Assembly (NCBI GenBank): GCA_951406725.2
Contig: OX597842.1
Location: 14,756,001 to 14,820,000 of the forward strand
DNA: 64,000 nt
From: Octopus vulgaris
Lineage: Eukaryota
Reading direction: 5' to 3'
Made by a program: the position numbers and the translations under genes
Shown here: one piece after another, positions 29,487-42,349 of the stretch
Position numbering within the stretch: position 1 is the stretch's first letter
Layout: every line of letters begins with the position of its first letter
The notes under the pieces: model-generated
Told to the model about the DNA's origin: nothing
What the model saw: only the letters and a program-made list of their open reading frames with translations
Database searches by the model: none

Positions 29487-29567
29487 CTATATCCACTCAA
29501 CTCGATCCTCCTTACAGTAATTCTTTAATCTTTTGTGAATGATCCCCTCTAAAGACATTGGACTCTT
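29487..29567 (+). pseudogene. LGR TM7-helix 8 remnant (E), copy 3
   Basis: As copy 2, with an additional Tyr to Asn change. Confidence 0.55.
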
Positions 29568-32003
29568 GAATCTTTTGAGCGCTATTTAGTGTTTTCTACG
29601 GCAAATATCTCTAAATCACTTCTCTGGACTACACACACGCACACACACACACACGTATACACATATATATTAATACGTATCCATCCATTCATCAATCCAT
29701 CCACATACACACAAACACACACACACACACAAGCACACACGTTCACACACATATATTAATACGTATCCATCCACACACACACACACACGCACACACGCAC
29801 ACACGCATACACACACACGCACACAGACACGCACACACGCACACATACACAAGGACACACGCACACACACACACAAACTCACACACACACGCATACATAC
29901 ACACACACACACACCTGTATCATCATTATTATTGGACGTCCTATTATTGTTTTTATTATTGTGTCGAAAACAGCCGCAATGTTCTGAGTTCAAATTCGGC
30001 CGAGTCTGACTTTGCTTTTCGTTCTTTCGGGGTCGATTAAACAAGTACCAGTAAAACACTGGGGTCGATATAATTGACAAACCCCCTACCCTAAAATTTC
30101 AGGCTTTGTGCCTATTGTAGAAAGAATTATTATTATGTGATGAAAACTCGCAGATTATTTTGCTGGGCAAAACCCGAAATTTTGGAGGAGGGTCCCATTC
30201 GATTAGACCGACCCCAGTACGCAACTGGTACTTAATTTATCGACGGCGAGCTGGTAGAAACGTAGCACGCCGGGCGAAATGCGTAGCCGTATTTCGTCTG
30301 CTGCTACGTTCTGAGTTCAAATTCCGCCGGGGTCGACTTTGCCTTTCATCCTTTCGGGGTCGATTAAATAAGTACAAGTTACGCACTGACGTCGATATAA
30401 CCGACTTAATCCGTTTGTCTGTCTTTGTTTGTCCCCTCTGTGTTTAGCCCCTTGTGGTTAGTAAAAAAATAGGTACTTAATTTATAGGCCCTGAAAGCAT
30501 GGAAATCGAAGTCGATCTCGGCGGAATTTGAACACAGAACGTAAAGACAGACGAAATACCTATTTCTTTACTACCCACCGGGGGCCAAACATAGAAATGG
30601 ACTGAACAACTGATGGGATCAGTGAAGCGATATGATTTTACATATAATGTGACTTTAAAAATTTAAATACAATATATAAAAAATCGAATGGAAGTAACAA
30701 TACAAAGACAATATAAATGAAGCGATGATCAGGCCACGCTCCGACCCCACAAGCCCCGATCTACAGCTGATACCTTTTTCTTCTTTTTTTCTCCCCCGTC
30801 TATCCACACGGTTCCTTGCACGCACAACACTCGTGCAACATGCTTCCATCTCTTTTGGAACGTACACTCCGACAGACATCTCTTCTCCAGCCAAAGCTTC
30901 CTTTTCAAGTGGAAAGGAAAATATGATCGAAAATTTGTGGCCAGAGATAAAGAAATATACCTATTTCATTATTACCCACAAGGGGCTAAACACAGAGGGG
31001 ACAAACAAGGACAGACAAACGGATTAAGTCGATTACATCGACCCCAGTGCGTAACTGGTACTTATTTAATCAACCCCGAAATGATGAAAGGCAAAGTCGA
31101 CCTCGGCCGTATTTGAACTCAAAACGTAGCGGCAGACGAAAAAGCTATTTCTATTTCTTTACTACCCACAAGGGGCTAAACACAGAGGGGACAAACAAGG
31201 ACAGACAAACAGATTAAGTCGATTTCATCGACCCCAGTGCGTAACTGGTACTTATTTAATCGACCCCGAAAGGATGAAAGGCAAAGACAACCTCGGCGGA
31301 ATTTGAACTCAGAACGTAGCGGCAGACGAAATACCTATTTCTTTACTACCCACAAGGGGATAAATACAGAGGGGACAAACAAGGACAGAAAAACGGATCA
31401 AGTCGGTTATATCGACCCAGTGCGTAACTGATACTTATGTTATCGACCCTGAAAGGATGAAAAGCAAAGTCGACCTCGGCGGAATTTGAACTCAGTACTT
31501 AGCGGCAGACGAAATACCTATTTCTTTACCACCCACAAGGGGATAAACACAGAGAGGAAAAACAAGGACAGACAAACAGATTAAGTCGATTATATCGACT
31601 CCTGTGCGTAACTGGTAGTTATTAAAGGCGGCGAGCTGGCAGAAAGGCGGCGAGCTGGCAGATAGGGCGGCGAGCTGGCAGAAACGTTAGCACGCCGGGC
31701 GAAATGCGTAGCCGTATTTCGTCTGTCGGTACGCTGTGAGTTCAAATTCCGCCGAGGTCGATAAATTAAGCACCAGTTACGCACTGGGGTCGATGTAATC
31801 GACTTAATCCGTTTGTCTGTCCTTGTTTGTCCCTTCTGTGTTTAGCCCCTTGTGGGCAGTAAAGAAACATATGACACAGGTGAAATATGTGTGTATGCAT
31901 GCGTGTGTGTGTGTGTGTGTATGTGTGCGTGTACGCGCGCTCACGTGCATGTGTACATGCGCGTGGGCATGTGGGCACATATGCAGATGTTTTTATGACC
32001 TAG

Positions 32004-32134
32004 TGAACTGAGAGTCTCAAACAAATGCCAGGTTCAGAGTCAGAATAGGTGTGTCACATATACGTAAATCAGCCTTTGAAATCGTCGATGTGCTTCACAC
32101 TTGATTTAACACAAAACAAGTCGTTGTTATCGAG
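32004..32134 (+). pseudogene. LGR-type LRR exon remnant (B), copy 2
   Basis: Near-identical to 24341-24471 with the same AG and GTAAGT borders. A 14-bp stub also occurs at 20863-20876. Confidence 0.55.
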
Positions 32135-32169
32135 GTAAGTACAATAAAAGAACACTTCTTGCATACATG

Positions 32170-32214
<45 letters not shown>

Positions 32215-32777
32215 TTCAATATAAGAAGACTTCTTTTCATACATATATATATATATATATATATATACACGTAGAGATACACATATACATATACACATGC
32301 ATACGTACATGCTTACATACACACCCATACGTATGCACATACACACACACATATATGAATAGAAGAAAATAAGTACGTAGCGTCGAAAGGTATCTGGTTG
32401 GTTGGAAATCGATTGAGGAAAGCAGTTAAAAATATATACAATTCACAATAAAGGTTCGTAGGTTTGATTGGTTAGTATAGTTAAATCCTAGTTGACGCAG
32501 GTTAATATTTAATATATAATACGTTATTTTAACTTCATTTTGATAAGAGAAACGAAGGCACACATTTCACAGTAAATATAAAATATATCATCAGTTGAAC
32601 GCAGCCTTTCATATCAGGTATGTCACTAAATTTGTTTTTCTCTCTCTATTCCTGTCATCTCGTAAATTTGGATGTAGCAACGGAAACAGGTAGCTTCGAT
32701 TACAACTGACATATTGATATATAAATGTATCATTATTATTATTAATATTATTATTTTTATCATCATTATTATTATTA

Positions 32778-32824
<47 letters not shown>

Positions 32825-32877
32825 ATTTTTATTATCATCATCATCATCATCATCATCATTATTATTATTATTATTAA

Positions 32878-32914
<37 letters not shown>

Positions 32915-33059
32915 CCGCCAAGGTCGACTTTGCCTTTCATCCTTTCGGGGTCGATAAATTAAGTACCAGATGTAATCGACTAGTCCCCTTTTCCCCAAAA
33001 TTCAGGTCTTGTGCCTATTGTAGAAATGATTATTATTATTATTATTATTATTATTATCA

Positions 33060-36000
33060 TTGTCATTTACTTTTAATCTGCCTGTTTGATGCAATCACCT
33101 GCCGGGGCACACCCAGCGCCCTAGGGCAAGTGAAGGTTAAGAGTTGTTGAAATATAGCTGAAAGCTTGGGGAGGGGAAGTAGATATGTCTTCATGTAATG
33201 CAAACACAAACATTTACATTGATAGGGTTTTTCTAAGGATGTGGGCAGTACTTGTTAGCACAATCTTTTGGACTTCCTTGAGACATGGTTTCCCAGGGAT
33301 ATTGTCTAGGTGTTTCTGACATCTCTTTTTTATCATACCTAGGGCACCTACAATAACAGGAACAGTTTTTGTTTTAAGATTCCACATCCTCTGTATTTCG
33401 ATTTCCAGGTCCTTATATTTACTAAGTTTGTCAAATTCCTTGACAGATACATTTTTATCAGTGGGGACGCTTACTTCTATTAGTCTGCAGGTATTTTCTT
33501 CCCTGTCTTTAACAATTATGTCTGGTCGATTAGCCTTGATCGTTCTGTCAGTGCTGTCTGGAAAATCCCAGAGGATGGTGACATCTTTACCTTCAACAAC
33601 TGGCTGAGGATGGTGTTCATATCAGTTAGCAGGAGTGTCGGATTTGTAGTGTTTACATATCTTCCAATGTATATACTGTCCTACCCTATCGTGGCGATTT
33701 TTGTATTCGTTTGGTGTCAGCACAGGACATCCCGAAACGAGATGGTCTATCGTTTCGTCAAATGTGTCGCAGAATCTGCATTTAGGGTCAGCACCGTTTC
33801 GGAGAACGTTAGCCTGGTAATTTCTGGTAAACAAGCTTTGATCTTGTGCTGCCATTATGAAACCCTCAGTCTCTGCTTTCAATCCAGAGCTCTTCAGCCA
33901 CTGATGGGTTGTTGCTTGGTCTACATCAGCATTTTGGCTTCGGAGAATATATTGTCCATGCAGGGGCTTCTGGCTCCACCGCCTCTCAATTTGATTCTGC
34001 CCGTTCTTTTTTGCAGTCTGCTTGATTCGCTTTGCTTGCTTGGTAGCAGTGGTTTCCGGCTCTTCATCTGATTCAAGGTTAATGTCTAGTTCCCTTTCGA
34101 ACTTATAAGCTTCCTTGACAATAGAATGCAGCTTTTTGCTGCTTTCGTGTTCGCACACAAGTCGCAGCATCCAGTCCTTTGTACTAGATAGGTACCTGTT
34201 CATTCCTACAGTAGAGGTCTTATAGCACAGCTCTAATTGCATCATTCCTCTCCCCCCGCTGCTTCTAGGTAGGTACAAGCGGTCTACATCTGCCTTAGGG
34301 TGGTGCATGCTCTTGGATGTCAGTAACTTTCTTGTCTTCCTGTCCAAGCGTTGGAGTTCCGTAAGGTTCCAGTTAATGATGTTAAAACTGTACTGGACTA
34401 CTGGAAGTGCCAGGGTGTTAATGGCCTCAATGCAATTTTTGGAGTTGAGTTCAGTCTTCAGTACAATCCTTATTCTCCTATAGTATTCCTTTCTTATTTT
34501 TTCCTTCATAGTAGCATGATGTATACCATCTCCTTCGTTGATTCCTAGGTATTTGTAACTTTCCTGTGCGTCAAGTTCCTTGATGGTAGTGTCAATATCT
34601 AATTTAACAGAAGCTGTTTGCCTGAGCTTGCCTCTTACAAAAGTTGCTTTAGCACACTTATCAAGGCCAAAATCCATTCCGATATCATTGCTAAACTCTT
34701 TAACAGTTGTTAGCAGCCCTTCTAGCTCTTGGTCATTCCTGGCAAACAGCTTTAGGTCGTCCATATAGAAAAGGTGGTTTATTAACTTACTAAAAACTTT
34801 GTACCCATATCTGGTACTATCCAATTCGTTTGAGAGTGGGATCAGTGCCATGCAAAAAAGTAACGGAGAGAGGGAGTCACCTTGAAAGATGCCTCGTTTG
34901 ATGTTGATGCTGTTGGACTGGCTCATCCCATTACTATGGCTTTGAAAGAGACGTGTGTTCCACATGGTCATGCTATTCTCTAAGAATTTTGAGACGACAG
35001 GAGAGATCTTGTATATCACAAGGGCCTTGAGTATCCATTTATGTGGGATACTGTCATACGCTTTCCTGTAGTATATCCATGCCATACTCAGGTTTTTGTT
35101 TTTGCTCCGGCAATTCTCTACAATCATTCTGTTTATGAGCAATTGGTCTTTGCACCCATAAGAGTTTCTTTTACAACCTTTTTGAGCTTGTGGAAGGATA
35201 GAATTTTGTTCAAGGAAAGCGTACATTCTCTCCGTTATTATGGATGTGAGGATTTTGTAGGTGGTGTTGAGACATGTTATTGGCCGGTAATTCTTTGGGT
35301 TTTTTGTGTTTTCGGTTTTAGGTAATAGGTAGGTGGTTCCTTCAGTCAGCCAAGCAGGTATTTGCTCTGGGTTCTGAATGACATCAGACAGAGATGCAGC
35401 GAGATGTTCGTGTACCTCTGGCAAACAGTTCAGCCAGAAGTTTGGGATCCGATCCAGTCCTGGGGTTTTCCATTTATAAGCCTTCCTAAGGACACACCTT
35501 AGCTCCTCTATTCCTATTGCTTCCCATTTCTGTTCTTCAAGTTCATCCAGTCTCTCTTTCTCACGTTCTATCCAGTCAGCCTCAGCATTAAACTCTTTTT
35601 CGTTGCTCCATACCTTCTTCCAGAACTCCTCCACTTCCTCAATCTTAGGTGGATCTTCTATGTGTATTTTATTTTTGCCAATTTCCCTATAAAATTTCTT
35701 TGCATCTGTCTTAAAAAATTTATTTTGTCGATAAAATTTGTTTCTTTTGTCATACCTTCTAAGCCGTTGAGCTTTCAACTGTATCCGTTGTTTCAACAGT
35801 TCCTTAGTTGCAGGGAGGTTTATGAGATCTTTGATTTTATATTTTTGCTTGATTTTTCTAGCTTTTCTCGGCTTAATATTCACTCCTCTAGCAAGCTCAT
35901 CGAGAACTGAAACATCCGCCCGCAGAAATTCAATCTCTTTTTGTATCGCTACTTTCTACTTTGGAGGTTCATTGACATGCCTGGCCTTTTTTTTTGTTAT

Positions 36001-36890
36001 CTTAATACCTAGTTGGGTAGTTACTACTTTAGCAGTGGAATAAATGAGATTATTTAAGGTTGTCAAATCATTCCCCTTATTTCTTAAGATATGTCCTAGG
36101 GCAACGTTATATGTCATGATTGTATTGTTATTCCTTGTGCCATTTGAAAACTTTGGTAGTGGTTCTCTATTAACCATGTCAGTGAGCTCAATCTTGCCGA
36201 GTTCTCTCATAATGTCCACTTTTGCTTCCATAATCTTTTCTCTATTATTCACCTCAAATTCTATGTCATATCTATTTTGGTTTTCTTGAGGAAGGTCTAC
36301 GTTCTCCTCTTTTTTCAAATCTCTCGTCTTCGCTATTCTTTGTTTAACTTCCCCATTGGGAAGTTGATTTGCCGCTTGTACACTGGCTTCTGTGCTACTG
36401 TTACCTATTTCGTCTACATTGTTGCTGTTTTTTTTGGTCTACCATGAGCTATTAGTGTCCTAATTTTGTCAATTTCAGCGTCAGTTAGTCTTTTGTTTTT
36501 AATTATATCTCTGCGTACATTACTTAATTTATTTGCGTCTATGTATCTACGTACGTCATTGCCTACTGAATTTCTCCATGAGATGTATGTTTGTACACTG
36601 AGGTTATTGTTTGGGTTTAGTTGGGCTGTATTAATCAATTTATGTACTTACTGCCTTTCAAGAGCTCTGATGTTCGCTTCTATTTCTTATGCATGTCACA
36701 TGGAAATATTATGCATAAAAGAAAGAAAACCATACTATATATGGCAATAATAGTTCGGACTTTTTAGTTACTTTGCCTTAAAAGAACATTTGGAAAATAT
36801 ATTTTGTGGAACCTTTCTTCCAACGATGTTGTTGGATTAAATTCGTTTTTTGGAGAGAGGCTCCCAGGGAACATCCATGTTGTTATTCAG
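33060..36890 (-). mobile_element. Near full-length R4/Dong-like RLE non-LTR retrotransposon in (TAA)n
   Basis: Uninterrupted 753-aa ORF plus upstream ORF pieces (35956-36318, 36414-36638) and a frameshifted RLE tail (RPDI...E...K...ILRKTLSM*, ending ~33214). TAA on both sides. Confidence 0.96.
33622..35883 (-). CDS. Reverse transcriptase + CCHC zinc finger of the R4/Dong-like element (partial ORF)
   Basis: PGLDRI, YRPITCL, KAYDSIPH, GIFQGDSLSPLLF, YMDDLKL, YKYLG, GGRG, CRFC...HLVSGC, RHD. Confidence 0.9.
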   Translation of the reverse strand: MNIKPRKARKIKQKYKIKDLINLPATKELLKQRIQLKAQRLRRYDKRNKFYRQNKFFKTDAKKFYREIGKNKIHIEDPPKIEEVEEFWKKVWSNEKEFNAEADWIEREKERLDELEEQKWEAIGIEELRCVLRKAYKWKTPGLDRIPNFWLNCLPEVHEHLAASLSDVIQNPEQIPAWLTEGTTYLLPKTENTKNPKNYRPITCLNTTYKILTSIITERMYAFLEQNSILPQAQKGCKRNSYGCKDQLLINRMIVENCRSKNKNLSMAWIYYRKAYDSIPHKWILKALVIYKISPVVSKFLENSMTMWNTRLFQSHSNGMSQSNSINIKRGIFQGDSLSPLLFCMALIPLSNELDSTRYGYKVFSKLINHLFYMDDLKLFARNDQELEGLLTTVKEFSNDIGMDFGLDKCAKATFVRGKLRQTASVKLDIDTTIKELDAQESYKYLGINEGDGIHHATMKEKIRKEYYRRIRIVLKTELNSKNCIEAINTLALPVVQYSFNIINWNLTELQRLDRKTRKLLTSKSMHHPKADVDRLYLPRSSGGRGMMQLELCYKTSTVGMNRYLSSTKDWMLRLVCEHESSKKLHSIVKEAYKFERELDINLESDEEPETTATKQAKRIKQTAKKNGQNQIERRWSQKPLHGQYILRSQNADVDQATTHQWLKSSGLKAETEGFIMAAQDQSLFTRNYQANVLRNGADPKCRFCDTFDETIDHLVSGCPVLTPNEYKNRHDRVGQYIHWKICKHYKSDTPAN

Positions 36891-36893
36891 CCC

Positions 36894-36969
<76 letters not shown>

Positions 36970-37195
36970 TTTATTAATATTATTATCATCATCATCATCA
37001 TCATCATCATAATCATCATTATTATAACTAAAGTGGCAGAATCGTTTGTACATTATGAGTTCAAATTCCGCTGAGGTCGACTTCGCCTTTCATCTTTTCG
37101 ATGTCAATTAAATAAGTACCTGTTTCATACTGTTACATACATAATTGACTTAATCTCTTCCCCAAAATATGAGGCCTTTTTTTCCAGTAGAAAAG

Positions 37196-37239
<44 letters not shown>

Positions 37240-37240
<1 letters not shown>

Positions 37241-37578
37241 GAGTGAGAGAGCAGTGCATGCTATCAAAGTGATACTGGGGTTAAATATACGAAGCCCAGT
37301 ATACCCATCATGACTACCCGTCTGATAAGGGTACACCAGGCACATGCATCATAACCATATGTGCGCGACATGGTGATCTCATATCAAGATAAACAACACA
37401 TGACCTTGCAGGTGGGGCCCAGTTAGAATTTTCTTCTGGTCGAGTAACCCATCCCGCTCAAAAGGTCCCTGTTTAAGGATGTTGAATGAAACACCCATGT
37501 TTCCAGAGGTGAATTATTCAAACCCCAAAGAATCCTTCTCAACACATGGCTATGATGCTCTATTATTATTATTATTAC

Positions 37579-37654
<76 letters not shown>

Positions 37655-37962
37655 GAGTGAGAGAGCAGTGCATGCCATCAAAGTGACACTGGGGTAAAAT
37701 ATACGAAGCCCAATATACCCATCATGACTACCCGTCTGATAAGGGTACACCAGGCACATGCATCACAACCGTATGTGCGCGACATGGTGATCTCATAAAA
37801 AGATAAACAGCACATGACCTTGGAGGTGGGGGGGCCAGTTAGAATTTTCTTCTAGTCGAGTAACCCACCCCGCTAAAAAGATCACTGAATAAGGGTTGTT
37901 TAAGGATGTTGAACGAAACACCCTTGTTTCCAAAGGTGAATTATCCAAACCCCAAAGAATCC
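37240..37962 (-). mobile_element. Two truncated copies of the non-coding TAA-inserted element (37240-37560, 37655-37962)
   Basis: Paralogs of 28129-28449 and 28494-28801. Confidence 0.85.
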
Positions 37963-38116
37963 TATTATTATTATTATTATTATTATTCCGCCGAGGTCAG
38001 CTTTGCCTTTCATCCTTTCGGGGTCGATAAATTAAGTACCAGTGAAACGCTGGGAGTCGATGTAATCGACTTGTCCCCTTTTTCCCAAAAATTCAGGTCC
38101 TGTGCCTATAGTAGAA

Positions 38117-38193
<77 letters not shown>

Positions 38194-38211
38194 CATTATT
38201 ATTATTATTAT

Positions 38212-38750
38212 TGAGTGAGAGAGCATGCCATCAAAGTGACACTGGGGTAAAATATACGAAGCCCAGTATACCCATCATGACTACCCGTCTGATAAGGGTA
38301 CACTAGGCACATGCATCACAACCATATGTGCGCGACATGGTGAGGATAAACAGCACATGCCCTTGCAGGTGGGGGCCCAGTTAGAATTTTCTTCTAGTCG
38401 AGTAACCCATCCCGCTCAAAAGGTCAATGAATAAGGGTTGCTTAAGGATGTTGAACGAAACACCCATGTTTCCAAAGGTGAATTATCCAAACCCCAAAGA
38501 ATCCCTTTCAACACAAAGCTATGATGTTCCCCCACTACTTCTGCTCGTGATCAGAGATGCACATATCGTCATCCACCAAGGGAACTTGCTCAACTGGTTA
38601 AGGTCAAACAACTGACAAGCAAATCTGTGGTATTGAGCAGAATATTTGCTGTAGCCATCTTTTATACCAAGACAAAACAATGTACATGATAAACACTTCC
38701 AATCAGTTAAGATCAGAAGCCACTGTCTGGTACTGCATCAGGGCAGGGTA
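38212..38750 (-). mobile_element. Longest (~540 bp) copy of a non-coding TAA-inserted retroposon
   Basis: Flanked by (ATT)n on both sides, no meaningful ORF, 9 copies in the window. Strand inferred from the shared terminus. Confidence 0.85.
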
Positions 38751-38760
38751 ATTATTATTA

Positions 38761-38888
<128 letters not shown>

Positions 38889-38950
38889 TTCACCATCATC
38901 ATCAATATTATTATTATTATTATTATTATCATTTTCACCATCATCATCAA

Positions 38951-38995
<45 letters not shown>

Positions 38996-38999
<4 letters not shown>

Positions 39000-39797
39000 T
39001 AGTTTTATTTTTATAGCGTGCTTTCACTTCACTGCCGAGCGCAGCTCTGTGTGCCTTGGGTATGTGCTGTGATTTGTTGTGATGCTCTGATGGTTATTGT
39101 ATGGAAAGTGTTCTGCGTAGGATGTGTGCAGTGCCTAGTAGTGCAATTTTCTGTATGTTATATGTGTTTGTAAATCCTGGTGTTCATTGCTGTATCCAAG
39201 TCTATATCTCTATTATTTTCCTTCCATATTTTATATGTATGTGTTGTTGTATTTTCATTTTGTGGGTAGAGCAGTGCTGTGAAGTATGCGTGTAAGATAG
39301 AAATGTATTCCTCACGTGTCCATTTACGTCTTTTGGGTTTTAATTGCGGGACATGAGGTACAACGTCCGGCCCATTATTTTGAAGGTCGTCATGTTCGTA
39401 GGGTACCGGTCCGTTTATTTCTGTTGTCACATTACTTCGCACGTGTAGTTTTTCGTACATTTTTTGTTGTAGGTTTAATGTACGTACCGCTCGATTGTTA
39501 TTCTTGGGTTGAATAGTATCGGTGGCATTTAATTTCTTCGTAGTTCCTTTGTACATGGTGTTTGAGGTCGGGGATGATCGTGTTTTTCCACGCATGTTTA
39601 CATGTGTTGTGTTAGAGGTGGAGATAATATCGAGTCAAAATACATCATTTCGTTTCGAAAATAGTAATAAATTTCAATTCGTATTACTTACTCGGATACA
39701 GTCCAATTCTTTGTTAGTAAATTTTGGCTCCATAGGGTGTCCTTGTTTTCGATGTTTGTGGATAGATTTCGGAGCTCTGTATTTTCCTTCTTACATC

Positions 39798-39798
<1 letters not shown>
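38996..39798 (-). mobile_element. Internally deleted R4/Dong-like element (5' ~610 bp fused to 3' ~190 bp)
   Basis: N-terminal RRKWTREEY..ILHAYF...YKIW joined near 39183 to the C-terminal LLGTAHILRRTLS and the 3' end shared with 55728. Confidence 0.8.
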
Positions 39799-39877
<79 letters not shown>

Positions 39878-40032
39878 CCTAAAAAATCCCTGATCTGAAA
39901 GTCTCCTCATTTTGTATTCTTACGTTTTGCACGTATATATGTATACATATTGAGTATTTCATGCTCAAACTATTATATTTCGTGTATTTAATATATTTGA
40001 TGTGTTTAATTTGTTTATCCGCATAATTAACT

Positions 40033-40113
40033 CTATATCCACTCAACTCGATCCTCCTTACAGTAATTCTTTATTCTTTTGTGAATGATCCCCTCTAAAG
40101 ACATTGGACTCTT
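40033..40113 (+). pseudogene. LGR TM7-helix 8 remnant (E), copy 4
   Basis: As copy 2. Confidence 0.55.
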
Positions 40114-40355
40114 GAATCTTTTGAGCGCTATTTAGTGTTTTCTACGCCAAATATCTCTAAATCTCATCTTTGGACTACACACACACACACACACACACAC
40201 GTACACACATATATATTAATACGTATCCATCCATTCATCCATCCATCCATCCACACACACACACACACACAGACACACAAGCACACACAAGCACCCACGC
40301 ACCCACATAGCAATAGGTATCCATCCATTCATCCATCCATCCACATACACACAAG

Positions 40356-40386
<31 letters not shown>

Positions 40387-40558
40387 AAGAACACACTTTC
40401 ACACACATATATTAATACGTATCCATCCACACACACACACACTCGCACACACGCATACACACACACACGCACACACACAAGCACACACGCACACACACAA
40501 GCATACACAGAAACTCACACACACACGCATACACACACATGTATCATCATTATTATTA

Positions 40559-41630
40559 GGTCGATTACATCGACCCCAGTGTGTAACTGGTACGTAATTT
40601 ATCGACTCTGAAAGGATGAAAGGCAAAGTCGACCTCGGCGGAATTTGAATTCAGAACGTAACGGCTGACGAAATACCTATTTCATTACTACCCAGAAGGG
40701 ACTAAACACAGAGAGGACAAACAAGGACAGACAAACTCATTAAGTCGGTTACATCGACCCCAGTGCGTAACTGGTACTTATTTTATCGACCCCGAAAGGA
40801 TGAAAGGTAAAGTCGACCTCGGCGGAATTTGAAATCAGTACGTAGCGGCAGACGAAATACCTATTTCTTTACTACCCACAAGGGGCTAAACATAGAGGGG
40901 ACAAACAAGGACAGACAAACGGATTAAGTCGATTACATCGACCCCAGTGCGTAACTGGTACTTATTTTATCGACCCCGAAAGGATGAAAGGTAAAGTCGA
41001 CCTCGGCGGAATTTGAACTCATAACGTAACGGCAGACGAAATACCTATTTCTTTACTACCCACAAGGGGCTAAACACAGAGGGGACAAACAAGGACAGAC
41101 AAACGGATTAATCGGTTATATCGACGAGAGTGCGTAACTTGTATTTAATTTATCGACCCCGAATGGATGATTGGCAAAGTGGACCTCGGCGGAATTTGAA
41201 CTCAGAACGTAACGGCTGACGAAATACCTATTTCTTTACTACCCACGAGGGGCTAAACACAGAGGGGACAAACAAGGACAGACAAACAGATTAAGTCGAT
41301 CAATCGCCCCCAGTGCGTAACTGGTAGTTATTTAATCGACCCCGAAAGAATGAAAGGCAAAGTGGACCTCGGCGGAATTTGAACTCATAACGTAACGGCA
41401 GACGATATACCTATTTCTTTACTACCCACAAGGGGCTATACACAGAGGGGACAAACAAGGACAGACAAACGGATTAAGTTGGTTATATCGACCCCAGTGC
41501 GTAACTGGTACTTATTTAATAGATCCCGAAAGGATGAAAGGCAAAGTCGACCTCGGCGGAATTTGAACTCAGAACGTAGCGGCAGACGAAATACGGCAAC
41601 GCATTTCGCCCGGTGTGCTAACGTTTCTGC
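40559..41630 (-). repeat. Tandem array of ~6 x ~183-bp SINE family B bodies behind a single head
   Basis: Recurring gacgaaatacctatttctttactacccacaaggggctaaac. Head sequence only at 41585-41630. Confidence 0.93.
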
Positions 41631-41830
41631 TGCTGCTAAACCTGTTGACGTCATAATGGATAGCATTATTGCCGCTGCTGATTACACTGTATTGTTGTGC
41701 TTTAGTTCTTGTTATTGTAAGAGTCGTTGCAGTTCACACTGGTATTAGTGTTCTCCTTGTTGTAGTCGTCGTCATCTTCGTCGTCGTCTTCGTCACACAT
41801 GCTTACAGTATTGTGTTTTATTGTTTGTAG

Positions 41831-42225
41831 TTTCTTTGCTGCTTTTAATAGGAGTGGCAGCGGCCTCTCTCGGCTGACTACTATGGCAGGTCGTTTAGGT
41901 ACGACGTTACAGGAGAGACGAATACATTCTTTCATAAAACTATTCCTCTATTTAAATTTGTGGGAAAGACTATTGAAAAGGCTGCCTGACGCACCGAAAA
42001 TTTTAGGAAAATAGAAAGAAGAAAAAATTGGAAATTTTACCGGTGAGTGTGTTGAATTATAAGGCACAAAAAGAAAATGAGTCTCCGAAACGGAAATTAA
42101 TAGAAAGTCAAAAGTCTCAGAACGAACTGATGCCAGTTCTGTCATTAGAATTGGGAGAATTTTCTTCAGTAGAAACCTACATGCATCCGCAAAACAAAAG
42201 TTATAATTTCAGCGCTCGGAAATAG
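41831..42225 (+). pseudogene. Possible terminal-exon remnant (F), copy 1
   Basis: After tttattgtttgtag, about 130 codons FFAAFNRSGSGLSRLTT...KLEILPVSVL...FSARK*, broken by one stop and one A-run frameshift. No family motif. Confidence 0.3.
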
Positions 42226-42349
42226 TATAAATAGTATAAAGAGTAAATTTAGAGGAAACTCACCAGCGATATTCCAAGCTTAGAAGTCATGTGTGATGCC
42301 TAATAATAATTATTTTTAATTTTGTCAAAATATAAGTATGTATATACTA

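Noticed and set aside
30655-31027. ORFs on both strands of the unique island (paralog 23221-23421)
   Set aside because: No recognisable motif or convincing splice signals in the frames examined.
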